In this document: one piece after another, positions 62,269 through 64,000 of the stretch
Layout of the letters: each line of letters opens with the position of its first letter
How positions within the stretch are numbered: position 1 is the first letter of the stretch
From: Bacteroidales bacterium
GTDB lineage: Bacteria; Bacteroidota; Bacteroidia; Bacteroidales; UBA1402
Length of the DNA stretch: 64,000 nt
Assembly (NCBI GenBank): GCA_035719105.1
Contig: DASTGN010000003.1
Span: forward strand, 70,979-134,978
Reading direction: 5' to 3'
The notes under the pieces: model-generated
The model's input: the letters and a program-made list of their open reading frames with translations, nothing else
What the model was told of the DNA's origin: nothing
Database searches by the model: none
Made by a program: the position numbers and the translations under genes

Positions 62269-63813
62269 TTAGAAAGGCATGACGTTGTCGCCACCATCTC
62301 CATTCTCATAAGGATTGGCTCCGTTGACTGGTGGAGCACCTGCAAAACTCGATTCTCTATTGATTCGAGATGCCAAAATGTTGGACCCAAGGCTGGGTTC
62401 AAGGTCCTCTTCAGGATTACAGAATTTTGCAAATTGGCCTTTAAATCTTAGGCGGACATCCCCTACCGATCCATTACGATGCTTGGCAATGATGATTTCT
62501 GCCATCCCTACCAAACTGTTACCTTGTGTATCCTCCAAAATTTTATAATATTCGGGGCGGTGAATGAAACAAACCATATCGGCATCTTGCTCAATGGCAC
62601 CCGATTCACGCAAGTCGGCCAATTGAGGTCTTTTGGAGTCTGCCCCATTACCCGACCGGTTTTCTACACCACGATTCAACTGTGACAAGGCAATGATGGG
62701 GATGTTCAATTCCTTGGCCAGACCTTTTAAAGATCTGGAAATCATAGAAACTTCTTGTTCGCGGCTGCCAAAGGAAGAACCACTGGCGTTCATCAGCTGC
62801 AAATAGTCAATGATAATGATTTCGACGTGATGTTCACGAACCAATCTTCTGGCTTTGGTTCGGAATTCAAAAATGGACAAACTGGGAGTATCGTCAATAT
62901 ATAAAGGGGCATCGTATAGATCCTTGATTTTATAATCCAGTTGATGCCATTCGTGTTCCAACAATTGACCATTTCTGATTTTTTCACCTTCAATTTCGCA
63001 AACATTGATAATCAAACGATTAACTAGCTGAACGTTGGACATTTCAAGGGAAAACACAGCCACTGGTTTCTTATAATTGACCGCAATATTTTTGGCCATG
63101 GAAAGTACAAAGGCTGTTTTACCCATGGCAGGACGAGCGGCAATGATGACCAAGTCGGATTTCTGCCAACCCGAAGTTATTTTGTCCAACCCTGAAAAAC
63201 CGGAGGGAAGACCGCTCAAGCCATCCTTTCGTTCCGCTGCGATGTTTAATAGTTTGATGGCTTCTTCGATAATCGGATTGATTTGCGTCACATCCTTTTT
63301 CATGTTCCGCTGCGAAATTTCAAACAAGCTGGCTTCAGCATCCTGCATCAAATCATCGACATCCATGGTTTCATCAAAGGCTTTGCCTGAGATTTCAGAA
63401 GTAAAGCGGATCAGTTCCCGGGCGAGAAATTTTTGCGCTACGATCCGGGCATGAAATTCCAGGTGAGCGGTTGAAACGACCTTGCCGGTAAGTTGCGCCA
63501 AATAATATGGACCACCTGCTTCGTCCAGGGTTCCTTCCTTTTTAAGCTGCTCCTGCACCGTCAACATGTCCACCGGGCGTTGCAGAATGGCCAAATTCTG
63601 AATGGCTGTGAAAATAACCTCGTGGGAATGCTCGTAAAAGCTTTGTGGCTTTAAGATGTCACTCACAATGGAATAGGCATCCTTTTCCAACATTAATGCC
63701 CCCAAAACGGCTTCTTCCAGTTCCCTAGCTTCGGGTGGTCGCTTGCCGGCATCGTTTAGGTAAACGGGGTTGGATTTAGCCCTACCCTGACGAAAATTCT
63801 TACGTTCTTCCAT
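62269..63813 (-). CDS. dnaB: Replicative DNA helicase DnaB
   Basis: The start is ATG 63813 (MEERKNFRQGRAK...), while the track ORF extends to 63876. It has the Walker A ARPAMGKTAF and RecA-like motifs. A Gly/Asn/Pro-rich C-terminal tail follows. Confidence 0.92.
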   Translation of the reverse strand: MEERKNFRQGRAKSNPVYLNDAGKRPPEARELEEAVLGALMLEKDAYSIVSDILKPQSFYEHSHEVIFTAIQNLAILQRPVDMLTVQEQLKKEGTLDEAGGPYYLAQLTGKVVSTAHLEFHARIVAQKFLARELIRFTSEISGKAFDETMDVDDLMQDAEASLFEISQRNMKKDVTQINPIIEEAIKLLNIAAERKDGLSGLPSGFSGLDKITSGWQKSDLVIIAARPAMGKTAFVLSMAKNIAVNYKKPVAVFSLEMSNVQLVNRLIINVCEIEGEKIRNGQLLEHEWHQLDYKIKDLYDAPLYIDDTPSLSIFEFRTKARRLVREHHVEIIIIDYLQLMNASGSSFGSREQEVSMISRSLKGLAKELNIPIIALSQLNRGVENRSGNGADSKRPQLADLRESGAIEQDADMVCFIHRPEYYKILEDTQGNSLVGMAEIIIAKHRNGSVGDVRLRFKGQFAKFCNPEEDLEPSLGSNILASRINRESSFAGAPPVNGANPYENGDGGDNVMPF

Positions 63814-63961
63814 GTTTTTTTTCTTACGCTTCCAAAGGTACATAAGAAAAACACATTCCATTAAAAAAGCTTTCAACAGGCCTGTTGATAACTTGCCCTG
63901 TTAGACGAATAGTTGTATCTTTGTGGAACAATTCATAGTTGCACACCGAAATTTCGAGAGG

Positions 63962-64000
63962 ATGATTTGTTTTCCAAACGCCAAAATCAATTTGGGTTTA
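63962..64000 (+). CDS. ispE: 4-diphosphocytidyl-2-C-methyl-D-erythritol kinase. Only the N-terminal 13 codons are present, truncated by the window end.
   Basis: The ATG at 63962 gives MICFPNAKINLGL. FPNAKINLGL is the characteristic IspE N-terminal motif. Confidence 0.55.
   Translation, partial: MICFPNAKINLGL

Noticed and set aside
62128-62451. A 107-aa plus-strand ORF and a 99-aa minus-strand ORF spanning the tRNA-Arg/dnaB junction.
   Set aside because: They overlap a clean tRNA gene and the 3' end of dnaB. No motifs are present, so they are almost certainly spurious.
1-64000. I scanned for CRISPR arrays, rRNA, IS elements, long tandem repeats and phage or conjugative genes.
   Set aside because: None were seen. 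The only repeated units are the short operator-like and intergenic repeats and the three paralogous MFP genes reported under features and findings.

Overview
The window is a 64 kb chromosomal segment that looks like Bacteroidota. Supporting signs are the rpmB-rpmG-DUF4295-ftsY-rimO block, a giant TamB, many lipoprotein signal peptides and TTG-N19-TAnnTTTG promoter-like motifs. I saw no rRNA, CRISPR array, transposase, integrase or phage genes.

Most of the window is housekeeping: proS, tamB, tsaD, crcB, hisGDCB, rpmB/rpmG, ftsY, rimO, gyrA, clpC, htpG, tRNA-Arg(ACG), dnaB and the first codons of ispE.

The regions I would look at again are:
- A His-rich leader peptide (MHFIHHHHLLN) plus terminator/antiterminator in front of hisG.
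- A co-directional 10-gene minus-strand block (19581-29251). It holds a cytidylyltransferase, an archaeal-type sn-glycerol-1-phosphate dehydrogenase homologue, three tandem paralogous lipoprotein membrane-fusion proteins, a split MacB-type ABC permease and ATPase, TolC and an SDR.
- A DUF2231 membrane protein, a lipoprotein-signal rubrerythrin and an NAD(P)H-FMN reductase in a row, which could be an extracytoplasmic peroxide-reduction module.
- A HipB/HipA-like pair whose HipA lacks the kinase catalytic-loop and Mg-binding residues. Repeated TATAATGAT operator-like palindromes sit upstream of it.
- A plus-strand lipid cluster: FabH-like, GAF, nitroreductase, atypical CDP-alcohol phosphotransferase, MprF-type flippase-like protein and acyltransferase.
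- A tRNA-Arg with an apparent compensatory A19:U56 change.

All functional calls come from motif recognition by eye. No database search was possible.
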